From the NCBI GenBank assembly GCA_963827655.1, contig CAWHCF010000040.1:1-64000 (forward strand): a stretch of DNA of 64,000 bases, written 5' to 3'. A program made the position numbers and the translations under genes. The notes under the pieces were generated by a model that saw only the letters and a list, made by a program, of their open reading frames with translations, searched no databases and was not told the DNA's origin. Origin of the DNA: an uncultured Acidobacteriota bacterium. GTDB taxonomy: Bacteria; Acidobacteriota; UBA6911. Positions 9,122 through 19,007 of this stretch are shown one piece after another (the first letter of the stretch is position 1; every line of letters begins with the position of its first letter).

Positions 9122-10045
9122 ATCTCAGCGTGCATGTGAAGCCGGTTCTTGGATCCGTACCGAAATTGAAGAATATCCGGCCTTCTACAATTCAGGACCT
9201 GGTTGCACAGCTCTGCCAGAAGAAAGCCAACGGCGCCGATCGGTTACTGTCCGCAAACACGATCGGAAAATCATCACGATGCTAAAGACGCTCTTCAAGG
9301 CCGCGGTCAAGAATAGGATCATCCATGTCAATCCGGCTCTTGACGTCGAGCTCCCGAAGGTGATCAAGTCGAAGGTTCAACCTCCCGACAAGAAGGACTT
9401 GATTGCCATCCTTCAGCACGCAACGCCGGAAACGTAAAGACGCTCTTTCTGCTCGATGGCATGTACCGGCTTGAGGCGCGGGGAAGTGCTCGCCCTCCAG
9501 TGGCGGGATATCGACTGGCTGAACGAGCGAGGTTTTGGTCGAGCGCGCGATCTCAAAAATGAAAATGACCGACGGAGTTCACAAGTACCGGTTGGCTCTG
9601 AGTTCGACCAAAGGAGGCAGATCCAGGCGTGTGGGTCTTCCGCCTGTGGTACTCGAATCTCTCCGGACTCTTCGAAGCAGCTTGGCCGAACCGCCGGCCA
9701 GTGAGAGCTTCATTTTCACCCGCGGCGGAACGTTCATCGATCCGGAATACTTCACGAAGTGGATAGCGATCCCGCTGATCAAAAAGGCAACCAAGGGGGG
9801 CGTGAAGCGCTTCCACGACCTCAGACATTTCTTCACTTCGATGCTAATCGAGAATGGCGAGAGCCCGAAGTACATCCAGGACCAGGTGGGCCACGCCTCG
9901 ATCACGACGACGTTTGACACCTACGGCCACCTGATGCCCCAGGCAAAGCGGTCCGCGACGGAAAAACTCGAGCGTTCAATCTTCGGCGAAGGAAGTGTTA
10001 GAACGTTTGTTAGACACTTCCGATGCAGAAGAGATGGTAAATTGA
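9118..10045 (+). pseudogene. Phage/genomic-island tyrosine integrase, N-terminally truncated and multiply frameshifted; end coordinate approximate
   Basis: TGLRRGEVLALQWRDID, STKGGRSR, FHDLRH, QVGHASITTTFDTYGHL; adjacent to the tRNA 3' end. Confidence 0.88.
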
Positions 10046-10113
10046 GAATGCTCAGTAATTTAGCGGTTAAATTCTGCGATTGGCGTGGGGTTGTTCTGCA
10101 AACTATTGAGTTA

Positions 10114-10189
<76 letters not shown>

Positions 10190-10241
10190 GCAATGGCGTC
10201 TCGCGGACAATTCTGCGCGGTCGCAGCGCGGTAAGCGCCAC

Positions 10242-10270
10242 AACGTAACAAATCTCCTTGCCGGAGTCAA
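10242..10270 (-). promoter_or_regulatory. Putative sigma70 promoter of tRNA-Asn
   Basis: TTGACT-N17-TACGTT with TG extended -10 on the minus strand. Confidence 0.55.
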
Positions 10271-10380
10271 TGTAACGATAACCTGAGGCTCCCGCGCGTC
10301 TCAGGTAAGTCTTTTTTCACGCACTAAACGCCAGGAGTCGAAGTCCAACAATAGCGGGCTTCGGCTATAATGCGCCCATC

Positions 10381-11277
10381 ATGAAGCCGGACGAGATCAA
10401 GCGCCATGAAAGAGAAGCTTACGACGCGGTAGCCGAGGTCTATAACAAATCACTGGCCGAATACAGCGCCCGGTTTGCCCGGGACCTGATTGATCTTATG
10501 TTCCCCCAAAAAGGCGAAGCCGCGCTCGACATCGCCGGCGGTACCGGAGCAGCAGGTTTAAAGGTCGCAGAACGGATCGGACAAGACGGAAACGTGACCA
10601 TCACCGATATCTCTCCGGGAATGCTCGAACAGGCCAGGAAGAATGCCGCGGCGCGCGACCTGTCGAATGTAAAAACCCTCGTGATGGATGCGGAGCGCCT
10701 CGATTTTCCCGACGCCACCTTCGACATCGTCACCTGCTCGATGGGAATCATGTTTGTTCCAAACGTAAGACTGGCCATCTTGGAAGCCTGCAGAGTCCTC
10801 AAGCCCGGCGGGAGAATAGGTTACACCGTCTGGAGCGTTCCGGAACGGTTTCCTTTCTTCGCCTGTCCCATGACCGCAGTCATAAAGCGAGCGGCGCCGG
10901 CTCCCATTCGCCTTCTGCTGCGCGCGCCGGTTATCGGCTCCGCAGTTCTCAGAAAGCTCCTGGTTTCAAACCTGGCATCAGGCTTCTCTCCGGCGCGCTT
11001 CAGCGCGACGGGGAGTCTGGAAAAACATCTGACCCGCGCTGGTTTTCAATCGGTGCGCCGGGAGCTGCGCGCCTATCCGCTCGAGTTCAGGAGCTTCGAA
11101 GAATTCTGGGATACTATTACCAAGGGGACGCCTGCCCGAGCGCTGAGGACCCGGCTGCCGGCCACGATGATCGCGGAAGTAAAGGAAGAAGTCCGCGCTC
11201 ATATGATGAATCCGACGACCGGCGCTCTCTACTTTCATAACGAGGCTGCGCTCGTTCTGGCGAGAAAGCCGGCTTAG
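10381..11277 (+). CDS. Class I SAM-dependent methyltransferase (UbiE-like)
   Basis: ALDIAGGTG, TDISPGML, MDAERLDFPDATFD, RVLKPGGR; TATAAT at 10366-10371 suggests a near-leaderless mRNA. Confidence 0.9.
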   Translation: MKPDEIKRHEREAYDAVAEVYNKSLAEYSARFARDLIDLMFPQKGEAALDIAGGTGAAGLKVAERIGQDGNVTITDISPGMLEQARKNAAARDLSNVKTLVMDAERLDFPDATFDIVTCSMGIMFVPNVRLAILEACRVLKPGGRIGYTVWSVPERFPFFACPMTAVIKRAAPAPIRLLLRAPVIGSAVLRKLLVSNLASGFSPARFSATGSLEKHLTRAGFQSVRRELRAYPLEFRSFEEFWDTITKGTPARALRTRLPATMIAEVKEEVRAHMMNPTTGALYFHNEAALVLARKPA

Positions 11278-11509
11278 GGCTCGCGCAGAAATAACTTCAC
11301 ATTCTGGCGCGAGAGTCGGTTGTCAATCATGAACCGGTTTCTGTTTGCTAAGCATGCTGAGGATCGCGCCCCTTCGGGCTGCGGCCCGCAGGCCCGCTGG
11401 CTTTGTTGCTCGCTCCTCACGTACCGCACCGGGTACGCATCGTCGCTCGCGCCTCGCCAGCGGGCCTGGGGGCCTGCAGCAGAATGCGAACTTATTTCTG
11501 CGCGAACCC
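11277..11509. mobile_element. 233-bp MITE with 30-bp terminal inverted repeats and TTA target duplication
   Basis: GGGCTCGCGCAGAAATAACTTCACATTCTG ... CAGAATGCGAACTTATTTCTGCGCGAACCC (3 mismatches); TTA at 11274-76 and 11510-12; internal hairpin. Confidence 0.88.
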
Positions 11510-11747
11510 TTAGCTTCCATCTTTCCGGTCCGAGAAAATCAACCATAAAATACCAGGGCACGAAGAAACTCCGAGACCCTCTTGCGAGCGTGGAGACAAA
11601 ACCCTATCCTTGGACCGGCTTGCCATGAAACGGAATGCCCACGCGCGCAGCGTCGTCTAAGGATGAAGGGCGCCGTGATGAATCACGGACCCAGTTGGTC
11701 GGCGGGGGACCCGTAAGCCTTCTCAATCGCCAGGGAGAAGAGCCCAG

Positions 11748-12095
11748 ATGTACCGAGGGCGTGAGGGGATGTGGTCGTATTTTTTCCACCGCGTAAGCGG
11801 CGTCGGAATACTGATCTTTCTCCTGGCTCACATCGTCGACACGATGCTGCTCGGCTGGGGGCCGGAAGTATATGACAAGGTCGTAAAACTGTACGCGCAC
11901 CCCGCCTTCATGGTGGGCGAGATCGCGCTGCTGGCGGGCGTCCTCTACCATGCTCTCAACGGCATCCGCATCTTCATCATAGACTTTACTTCTTTGGCAA
12001 GCCGGATTCAGCAGCGTCTCTTCTGGATCGAAATCGTGGTCTTTTTTATCCTCTTCGTTCCCGCGGCCTACATCATGATACGGTCGGTGCTGTAG
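11748..12095 (+). CDS. sdhC: Succinate dehydrogenase cytochrome b556 subunit
   Basis: MYRGREGMWS..HRVSG, LYHALNGIR; three TM helices. Confidence 0.93.
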   Translation: MYRGREGMWSYFFHRVSGVGILIFLLAHIVDTMLLGWGPEVYDKVVKLYAHPAFMVGEIALLAGVLYHALNGIRIFIIDFTSLASRIQQRLFWIEIVVFFILFVPAAYIMIRSVL

Positions 12096-12114
12096 ATCTT
12101 CGGAAGGCGAGCAC

Positions 12115-12513
12115 ATGACGATAGATCAGGGAAGAAGGACACGACCGGCCGGCGGGCTGGAGCTTTACGCATGGCTCTTTATGCGCGTCTCGGGACTCAC
12201 CTTGATTGTCATGGTACTCATTCACTTTGCCATCATGCATGTCATCAACGACATTCAGGACATTAATTTCGCCTTTGTGGTCAAACGATTCGCTACCCCA
12301 TTCTGGATTAGCTACGACCTGGTCATGCTGGTCCTGGCCTTGTTCCACGGCCTGAACGGCTTGCGCACCATCATCGACGACTACGTGAAGTCGAGGCCCT
12401 GGCGCGTGATGTGGCTCTCGGCTCTGTACGTCGTCGGATTGGTTTTTCTTGTCGTTGGTACGGTGACGCTGGTTACTTTCAGACCCGATGCCGGCCGCGC
12501 CATCGGGCAATAG
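12115..12513 (+). CDS. sdhD: Succinate dehydrogenase hydrophobic anchor subunit
   Basis: WLFMRVSG, HGLNGLRTIIDDY. Confidence 0.92.
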   Translation: MTIDQGRRTRPAGGLELYAWLFMRVSGLTLIVMVLIHFAIMHVINDIQDINFAFVVKRFATPFWISYDLVMLVLALFHGLNGLRTIIDDYVKSRPWRVMWLSALYVVGLVFLVVGTVTLVTFRPDAGRAIGQ

Positions 12514-12527
12514 CGTAGAGGATTCCC

Positions 12528-14264
12528 GTGGACGAAGTGACCCTGCACAAGTTTGACGTAGTCATCGTGGGCGCTGGAGGCGCCGGCCTGATGGCCGCAC
12601 TGGAGGCTTCCAAGGCTGCGCGCGTTGTCGTGGTGAGCAAGCTCTACCCCACGCGGTCACATACCGGCGCGGCGCAGGGTGGCATCGGGGCGGCTCTGGG
12701 AAATGTCGAACACGACAACTGGGAATGGCACATGTTCGATACCTGCAAAGGCGGCGATTACCTCTGTGACCAGGATGCCGTGGAGATTCTGGCGCGGGAG
12801 GCCATTGAAACCGTATACGACCTGGAACACATGGGGCTTCCGTTCAATCGGACGCCGGACGGGAAAATCGATCAGCGCCCCTTTGGCGGGCACACTCGAG
12901 ACTTCGGTAAAGCGCCCGTGAAACGGGCCTGTTACGCGGCCGATCGCACGGGGCACATGATCCTGCAGACGCTTTACCAGCAGTGCCTGAAGAACGACGT
13001 CCACTTCTTGAATGAATACTACGTCCTGGACCTGATCTTTACCGACAAGGTCTGCAGGGGAATCGTCGCCTATCGCCTGGCTACCGGGGACTTGCATATC
13101 ATTGAAGCCAAGGCGGTCATGTTCGCTACCGGGGGTTATGGCCGCGTCTTCAAGATCACGAGCAATGCCCATGCCTCGACCGGAGACGGAATGGCCATTG
13201 CCTTCCGCCAGGGGATTCCGCTGGAAGACATGGAGTTCTTCCAGTTTCACCCGACGGGCATCTACAAGATGGGGATATTGATCACGGAAGGGGCGCGCGG
13301 CGAGGGAGGCGTTCTCCTCAACGACAAGGGAGAACGCTTCATGGAAAGGTACGCTCCCACGTTGAAGGATCTGGCGGCAAGAGACGTGGTATCGCGCGCC
13401 ATCTATACCGAAATCCAGGAAGGGAGGGGCATCCAAGGAAAGGACTATGTCTACCTCGATCTCCGGCATCTGGGCCAATCCGTGATTGAGACCAAACTTC
13501 CCGATATTGCGGACTTTGTGCGGACCTATATGGGGCTGGAGCCTTCGCGCGATCTGATTCCGACACAGCCGACGGCCCACTACTGTATGGGAGGAATACC
13601 AACTGACGTAGAGGGCCGCGTGGTGATGGATGAGAAGAATACCGTGGCGCCGGGTTTTTATGCGGCGGGTGAATGCGCCTGCGTTTCCGTTCATGGCGCG
13701 AATCGGCTGGGCACGAACTCGCTCGTCGACATTCTGGTTTTCGGCCGCCGGGCCGGTCGTCACATGCTGAGATACCTGCCGCAGGCCGAGCCCCTGCCGC
13801 TGCCGTTACAACCCGAAGAAGCGGCACAAGCGAACATCGCAAGACTCCTGAAAGGCAAAGGGAAGGAAAGCGCCGTGGGAATCCGAGAGAGCCTGCAGGA
13901 GAATATGATGAGTCTGGTCGGGGTTTACCGGGAAGAGACGCAGATGAAGCAGATGATCGACAAAATCGGGGAGCTGCGCTCACGCTACGCCGATGTGAAG
14001 GTCCAGAACCAGGGGAAGAAGTTCAATACGGAGCTGGTTCAGGCGGTCGAATTGGGATACTTGATCGATACCGCTGAGGCGACTGCGGTAGCGGCGCTGG
14101 CGCGCCAGGAGAGCCGGGGCGGGCATTCTCGACGAGACTATCCCAAGCGGGACGATGCCAACTGGCTCAAGCACAGCCTGGTCTACACCAGCTCGCGGGG
14201 AACTGAGCTGAAATACAAACCGGTGGTGATCACACGTTTTCCCCCCAAGGAAAGAGTCTACTGA
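12528..14264 (+). CDS. sdhA: Succinate dehydrogenase flavoprotein subunit
   Basis: [16 protein letters not shown] (covalent FAD His, Q-type), [18 protein letters not shown]. Confidence 0.97.
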   Translation: MDEVTLHKFDVVIVGAGGAGLMAALEASKAARVVVVSKLYPTRSHTGAAQGGIGAALGNVEHDNWEWHMFDTCKGGDYLCDQDAVEILAREAIETVYDLEHMGLPFNRTPDGKIDQRPFGGHTRDFGKAPVKRACYAADRTGHMILQTLYQQCLKNDVHFLNEYYVLDLIFTDKVCRGIVAYRLATGDLHIIEAKAVMFATGGYGRVFKITSNAHASTGDGMAIAFRQGIPLEDMEFFQFHPTGIYKMGILITEGARGEGGVLLNDKGERFMERYAPTLKDLAARDVVSRAIYTEIQEGRGIQGKDYVYLDLRHLGQSVIETKLPDIADFVRTYMGLEPSRDLIPTQPTAHYCMGGIPTDVEGRVVMDEKNTVAPGFYAAGECACVSVHGANRLGTNSLVDILVFGRRAGRHMLRYLPQAEPLPLPLQPEEAAQANIARLLKGKGKESAVGIRESLQENMMSLVGVYREETQMKQMIDKIGELRSRYADVKVQNQGKKFNTELVQAVELGYLIDTAEATAVAALARQESRGGHSRRDYPKRDDANWLKHSLVYTSSRGTELKYKPVVITRFPPKERVY

Positions 14265-14355
14265 TTGCGGATTGCGGATTGCGGATTGCAGATTGAAAAG
14301 CAAGACAGGCGATTGCGGATTGCAGATTGAAAAGCCGACAGCGATTCGTAATCCA
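14263..14355 (+). repeat. GATTGCG heptamer array with a duplicated ~34-bp unit, between sdhA and sdhB
   Basis: (GATTGCG)n-GATTGCAGATTGAAAAGC occurs twice, starting at the sdhA stop. Confidence 0.85.
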
Positions 14356-14366
14356 AACGAGGCCTT

Positions 14367-15065
14367 ATGAAAATCACGCTTGAAATCCAGCGCTTTGATC
14401 CGGAAAAGGACGCTGCCCCGCACATGGCTTCCTATCAGGTGGAAGCAGAGCCGACTGATCTGGTCCTGGATGCGCTCCACGAGGTTCTCTGGCATCAAGA
14501 TGGGACTCTCGCGTTCAGACGGTCCTGCGGTCACGGGGTTTGCGGTAGCGATGCCATGGAGATCAACGGGGTAAACCGACTGGCCTGTAAGGTCCTGGTA
14601 AAGAGCCTCGGGTCGAAGATTACCGTTCGTCCCTTGAGAGGGCTTAAAGTGCTGCGGGACCTGATTGTGGATATGGAGTCGTTTTTTGACAAGTACAAAA
14701 GAATGAAGCCCTGGCTTATAACCCAAGGAGAAGAACCGGTCAAGGAACGGCTACAGAGCCCGCGTAAGCGCGCAATTTTCGACGATACGACCAAATGCAT
14801 TCTCTGCGCAGCCTGCACATCATCCTGCCCGTCTTTCTGGGCCAACGACGAATACGTTGGACCGGCAGCCATCGTGGCTGCCCACCGCTTTATCTTTGAT
14901 AGCAGGGATGAAGCAACCCAAGAACGCCTGGAACTGACGAATGAGAAGACGGGGGTCTGGCGCTGCCGCACGGTCTTTAACTGCGTGGAAGCCTGCCCGC
15001 GCGATATCGACGTTACCCGGGCGATCGGCGACATCAAACGCGCGATTCTGTACAACAAGACGTAG
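14367..15065 (+). CDS. sdhB: Succinate dehydrogenase iron-sulfur subunit
   Basis: RRSCGHGVCGSD, CILCAACTSSCP, CRTVFNCVEACP. Confidence 0.97.
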   Translation: MKITLEIQRFDPEKDAAPHMASYQVEAEPTDLVLDALHEVLWHQDGTLAFRRSCGHGVCGSDAMEINGVNRLACKVLVKSLGSKITVRPLRGLKVLRDLIVDMESFFDKYKRMKPWLITQGEEPVKERLQSPRKRAIFDDTTKCILCAACTSSCPSFWANDEYVGPAAIVAAHRFIFDSRDEATQERLELTNEKTGVWRCRTVFNCVEACPRDIDVTRAIGDIKRAILYNKT

Positions 15066-15068
15066 AGA

Positions 15069-15156
15069 CAGCTTTCAGCGATCAGCGTTCAGCTTCTGCT
15101 GAACGCCCAGGGTTGCGGGCCGCAGCTGATCGCTGATGGCTGAAAGCTGATTGCTT
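15069..15156. repeat. Hairpin with TCAGC/GCTGA heptamer arms between convergent operons; possible terminator
   Basis: cagctttcagcgatcagcgttcagc ... gctgatcgctgatggctgaaagctga. Confidence 0.75.
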
Positions 15157-15216
15157 GAAAGAAATCTGAGAGATGAATTCTCGGATGACCGGCCTGGAAT
15201 TGCCTGGAATCCAATA

Positions 15217-15573
15217 TTAGTCGTCCGTGACGGGGCGGGTTACGGGAGCGTCGACGTAGCGCAGGACCGTGTGATTGGTAACGGAGCCGAACCAGCGTTC
15301 CCTGAACTCCTTTCCCTCGTCCGACATGAGCCATTGGCGGAAGTGGTCCGAATGCTGCTGATCCGGCCAGAATGCCTCGTTGAGGTACTTCGGACGCCGC
15401 TCCGCCTTTCCTCTTTCATAATCACCGCGGATCCCATCGATGAAGACCCAGGTCTTACGCTCGAGGCAGCCAAAGCGACTGGTGATTTCATCGAGACGGC
15501 TGTCGAGCCAGTTGATAAAGGATTCCTCGACGACGCCGGGCTTGAGGTCGAAAGAGTGGATTACTCTGAGCAT
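15217..15573 (-). CDS. Hypothetical protein, possibly dimeric alpha-beta barrel fold
   Basis: RBS AGGAGG before ATG 15573; MLRVIHSFDLKPGV..E.F..W pattern. Confidence 0.7.
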   Translation of the reverse strand: MLRVIHSFDLKPGVVEESFINWLDSRLDEITSRFGCLERKTWVFIDGIRGDYERGKAERRPKYLNEAFWPDQQHSDHFRQWLMSDEGKEFRERWFGSVTNHTVLRYVDAPVTRPVTDD

Positions 15574-15657
15574 GACACCCTCCTGATGTGGCGAATGCGG
15601 CGCACAAATCAGCCGCGAAGACTCCAAGGGGCGAAGAAACGCTCCATCACGAACCTA

Positions 15658-16008
15658 CTAAGGGATGCTCCACAACGTCACTGCAGCGGCGACAGTCCCC
15701 AGTAGAGCACCGCCGTAGCACATGATCACGATGAGCAAGGTAAGGTGTTTCAGCTTAAGCCCATCATACAGCGTGTAGCGAAAGCGGTGAGCTCCGTGAA
15801 AGAGAGGGAGAGAAATCAGCACGAAGAGATAGATCCGTGCCAGAGGGTGTCTCACCAGGTTCAGAAGAGATTCGTAACCTGGCGCTTCTATCCAGCCCAG
15901 GGGGAATGCCAGTCCGGTCAGGAAAAGATGGATCGGGAATAATACCGCCGCAACCGTCCCTCCGACACTAAACAGAGCCCAAAGGCAGGGTGTTATGTCT
16001 CTGCGCAT
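15658..16008 (-). CDS. frdD: Fumarate reductase anchor subunit D
   Basis: WALFSVGGTVAA, LPLFHGAHRFRYTLYDGLKL. Confidence 0.92.
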   Translation of the reverse strand: MRRDITPCLWALFSVGGTVAAVLFPIHLFLTGLAFPLGWIEAPGYESLLNLVRHPLARIYLFVLISLPLFHGAHRFRYTLYDGLKLKHLTLLIVIMCYGGALLGTVAAAVTLWSIP

Positions 16009-16425
16009 CTAGCCTCGCAGGAAAAACCAGGCCACAGCGACGGAAGCCACGACCCAGGCAAGATAGTTCAGCGCCACGATAACAAAATCAGGCACCCGCT
16101 TGCCGCCGAGGCGCAGCACCATCGCCTTGGGAGCCAGGTTGAACCAGGTAATGGCGTGGAACAGAACAAAGAAAAACGCGACCACATGGAGAGTGAGGAA
16201 TAACGGGCTTTCAAGCCGGGCCATGAAATCGGCGTAAGCATCGGGTCCCGAGACCAGGGCTCGAAGCTGCCATAGATAGATGATGGCAAAAAAGGCGACG
16301 AAGACGCTGGTGATCTCCCGCAAGACAAACTTGGTATAGGACCAGTTCTCGAGCCACCACCACACCGAGACGGCGCGGCGGTACCACTTGGGGTGATAGA
16401 GGGTGTACTGAACCGGCGCGCTCAT
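16009..16425 (-). CDS. frdC: Fumarate reductase anchor subunit C
   Basis: [30 protein letters not shown]. Confidence 0.92.
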   Translation of the reverse strand: MSAPVQYTLYHPKWYRRAVSVWWWLENWSYTKFVLREITSVFVAFFAIIYLWQLRALVSGPDAYADFMARLESPLFLTLHVVAFFFVLFHAITWFNLAPKAMVLRLGGKRVPDFVIVALNYLAWVVASVAVAWFFLRG

Positions 16426-17183
16426 TGACCTCCTTTGGGGAAGAGCCAGGACTTGAACCATTCGGCCGCGCCCGCCAGTTTATACTGCTGGATGGCCCCG
16501 GCCGGGTCGACCCCTTTAGGACAGGCCTTGGTGCATTCGCCGACGAAGGTGCACTGCCAGATGCCGTCGTGCGCCGAGCAAATCTCCATGCGTTCCTGGG
16601 CCGCCTGGTCTCGCGTGTCGTTGTTATACCGTTGAGCCAGCGCGATGGCGGCAGGACCGATGAAGCTCGGCTCCAATCCATAAACCGGACATGCGGCATA
16701 ACACAGCGTACAGTTGATGCAGGCGCTGAAGTGCTTGTAGATATCCAACTGGTCGGGTGTTTGCAGGTACTCTCCCTGGGCGAGCGGCTTCTCTTCCTTT
16801 CGAATGATCCAGGGCTTCACTTTCTTGAGCTTTCTCATGAAGTCCGTGATATCGACCACCAGATCCCGAATGATGGGGAAGTAGCGCAAGGGTTCGACCC
16901 GAATCGGCCCGGGCAGGCTCTCCGAAAGGAAAGCGGCGCACGTCAGTTTCGGCGTGCCGTTCACCATCATCCCGCAACTGCCGCAAACGCCCATGCGGCA
17001 CGACCAGCGGTAAGAAAGCGACCCGTCCAGGTTGTCCTTGATGTAGTTGAGGGCATCCAGAACTACCCAGTCCTTACGAAACGGAACTTCGTACGACTGA
17101 AAGGTGGGTTCCGATTCCTCTTCGGGGCGGTAACGCAAAAGAGTGAGTCGTACGGAAGACGCCACTTTTTCTCTACCTCCCAT
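16422..17183 (-). CDS. frdB: Fumarate reductase iron-sulfur subunit
   Basis: [43 protein letters not shown]. Confidence 0.95.
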   Translation of the reverse strand: MGGREKVASSVRLTLLRYRPEEESEPTFQSYEVPFRKDWVVLDALNYIKDNLDGSLSYRWSCRMGVCGSCGMMVNGTPKLTCAAFLSESLPGPIRVEPLRYFPIIRDLVVDITDFMRKLKKVKPWIIRKEEKPLAQGEYLQTPDQLDIYKHFSACINCTLCYAACPVYGLEPSFIGPAAIALAQRYNNDTRDQAAQERMEICSAHDGIWQCTFVGECTKACPKGVDPAGAIQQYKLAGAAEWFKSWLFPKGGQ

Positions 17184-18915
17184 ATACCCGTTTTCCGGGT
17201 GGCCAGCGTGTGATGGTTACGGGCAAATAGTCGATCCGAGGATACTCACTCTCACTCCGATAGGCGAGCGAATGGGCCAGGAACTCGGTGTCGTCCCTCT
17301 GAGGATGATCGGTGCGCTGATGCGAGCCGCGGGACTCGGTGCGCTTCAAGGCGGATTGGACGATGGTCTCCGCCAAATCGAGCATGTAGCCGAGTTCGAG
17401 GGCCGCGGTCAATTCCGTGTTGAACGTGTAACTGTGATCGTCCAGCTGGAGGTCAGCGCTTCTTTCCTGCAGGCTCCGCAGCTTAGCGGCCGCTTGTTCC
17501 AGCTCGGCGCCCGATCGATAAATTCCCGCGCTCTCTTCCATGATTCTCTGCATCTCGGCGCGCAGGCCCGCAATCCGCTCACGGCCCCCGCTCTTGCGCA
17601 GAAGATTCGTTTCCAGTCGCTTTTGTTCGTCCCGAGCCAGTGCCAGGGCCGGCACGGTTCGAGCATTGTGTTCCGAAGCATATGCCGCGGCTGCCTTTCC
17701 CGCCCTCGCTCCGAATACCAGGCATTCGGTGAGCGAGTTTGAGCCCAGCCGGTTGGCTCCGTTGATGCTCACGCACGCAACCTCACCGGCCGCGTAAAGA
17801 CCGTGAAGAGGTGTGGCCCCGCGCAGGTCGGTGTGGATCCCTCCCATCATGTAATGGACCACCGGGCGGACGGGAATCATTTCTTTGACAGGATCAAGGT
17901 TCACATACTTCAGGCACAGTTCCCGGACGAAAGGGAGCTTCTTGTCGATGATCTCGTCTCCAAGGTGGCGTAGATCCAAATGGACATAGTCTCCGTACGG
18001 GCCTTTGAGCGTGCGCCCCTTTTCCTGTTCCTTCACGAAAGCCTGGGACAGCCGATCGCGGGGACCCAGCTCCATGGAACGCAACACCGGCTTCGGTTCC
18101 GGCTTGCCCAGGTCGTAGTCCTGCAGATAGCGATAGCCGTCCTTGTTGAGCAGCCACCCTCCCTCGGCACGCGACCCTTCCGTAATCAGGATGCCGGTAA
18201 ACGGAAGTCCGGTGGGATGGTACTGGACAAATTCCATGTCCTTCAGCGGCGCGCCCGCGCGGTAGGCGAGCGCCATGCCGTCGCCATTCTTGATGTTGGC
18301 ATTGGTGGTGAATGGAAATACCTTTCCACATCCTCCGGTGCACAGTATGACCGCTCCCGCCGTGATGGCCTCGATGTGTCCCGTAGCGATCTCGATTGCC
18401 ACCACGCCATGGCATCGCCCGTCGTCGACCAGAAGCTTGGTGACGAACCATTCGTCGTAACGGTGGATGCTGTCGTATTTGAGGCAGGTCTGAAACAGAG
18501 TGTGGAGCATGTGAAAGCCGGTCTTGTCGGTGGCAAACCAGGTCCGCTCGGCCTTCATTCCGCCAAATGGGCGCACGGCGACACGGCCATCGGGCTCCCG
18601 GCTCCAGGGGCAGCCCCAGTGCTCCAGTTGCAGCATTTCATCCGGAGCTTCCTTGACGAAGACTTCCACTGCATCCTGATCGCAAAGCCAGTCGCCGCCG
18701 GAAATCGTATCGTAGGCATGCTCGTCCAGGCTGTCCCCGGCCTTGATGACGGCGGCGGCTCCGCCCTCGGCTGAAACAGTGTGGCTGCGCATGGGATAGA
18801 CTTTGGAAATTACGGCAACGCGCAGCTTGGGATTCGTTTCCGCGACGGCAATCGCGGCCCGCAATCCTGCGCCTCCCCCTCCAACCACCAGCACGTCGCA
18901 AGCGGATGTATCCAT
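17173..18915 (-). CDS. frdA: Fumarate reductase flavoprotein subunit
   Basis: [10 protein letters not shown] (E-type), [39 protein letters not shown]. Confidence 0.96.
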   Translation of the reverse strand: MDTSACDVLVVGGGGAGLRAAIAVAETNPKLRVAVISKVYPMRSHTVSAEGGAAAVIKAGDSLDEHAYDTISGGDWLCDQDAVEVFVKEAPDEMLQLEHWGCPWSREPDGRVAVRPFGGMKAERTWFATDKTGFHMLHTLFQTCLKYDSIHRYDEWFVTKLLVDDGRCHGVVAIEIATGHIEAITAGAVILCTGGCGKVFPFTTNANIKNGDGMALAYRAGAPLKDMEFVQYHPTGLPFTGILITEGSRAEGGWLLNKDGYRYLQDYDLGKPEPKPVLRSMELGPRDRLSQAFVKEQEKGRTLKGPYGDYVHLDLRHLGDEIIDKKLPFVRELCLKYVNLDPVKEMIPVRPVVHYMMGGIHTDLRGATPLHGLYAAGEVACVSINGANRLGSNSLTECLVFGARAGKAAAAYASEHNARTVPALALARDEQKRLETNLLRKSGGRERIAGLRAEMQRIMEESAGIYRSGAELEQAAAKLRSLQERSADLQLDDHSYTFNTELTAALELGYMLDLAETIVQSALKRTESRGSHQRTDHPQRDDTEFLAHSLAYRSESEYPRIDYLPVTITRWPPGKRVYGR

Positions 18916-19007
18916 GGATCTCAGTAAATTCGGCGACAGGCTACGCTTTGCCTCTTAGGCTAACCCGAAGTGCCGGGATGAAATTGGGAAAAGCGTAGCC
19001 CTGCCAC

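Noticed and set aside
11673-11688. Palindrome CCGTGATGAATCACGG upstream of sdhC as a Rex/CRP/FNR box
   Set aside because: GTGA-N4-TCAC spacing does not fit the N6 spacing of those regulators; it may bind another factor but cannot be assigned
12657-13763. Long antisense ORFs (here and opposite frdA, the acyl-CoA ligase, the IPT gene and the MDR genes)
   Set aside because: Shadow frames typical of high-GC coding DNA, lying opposite well-supported genes
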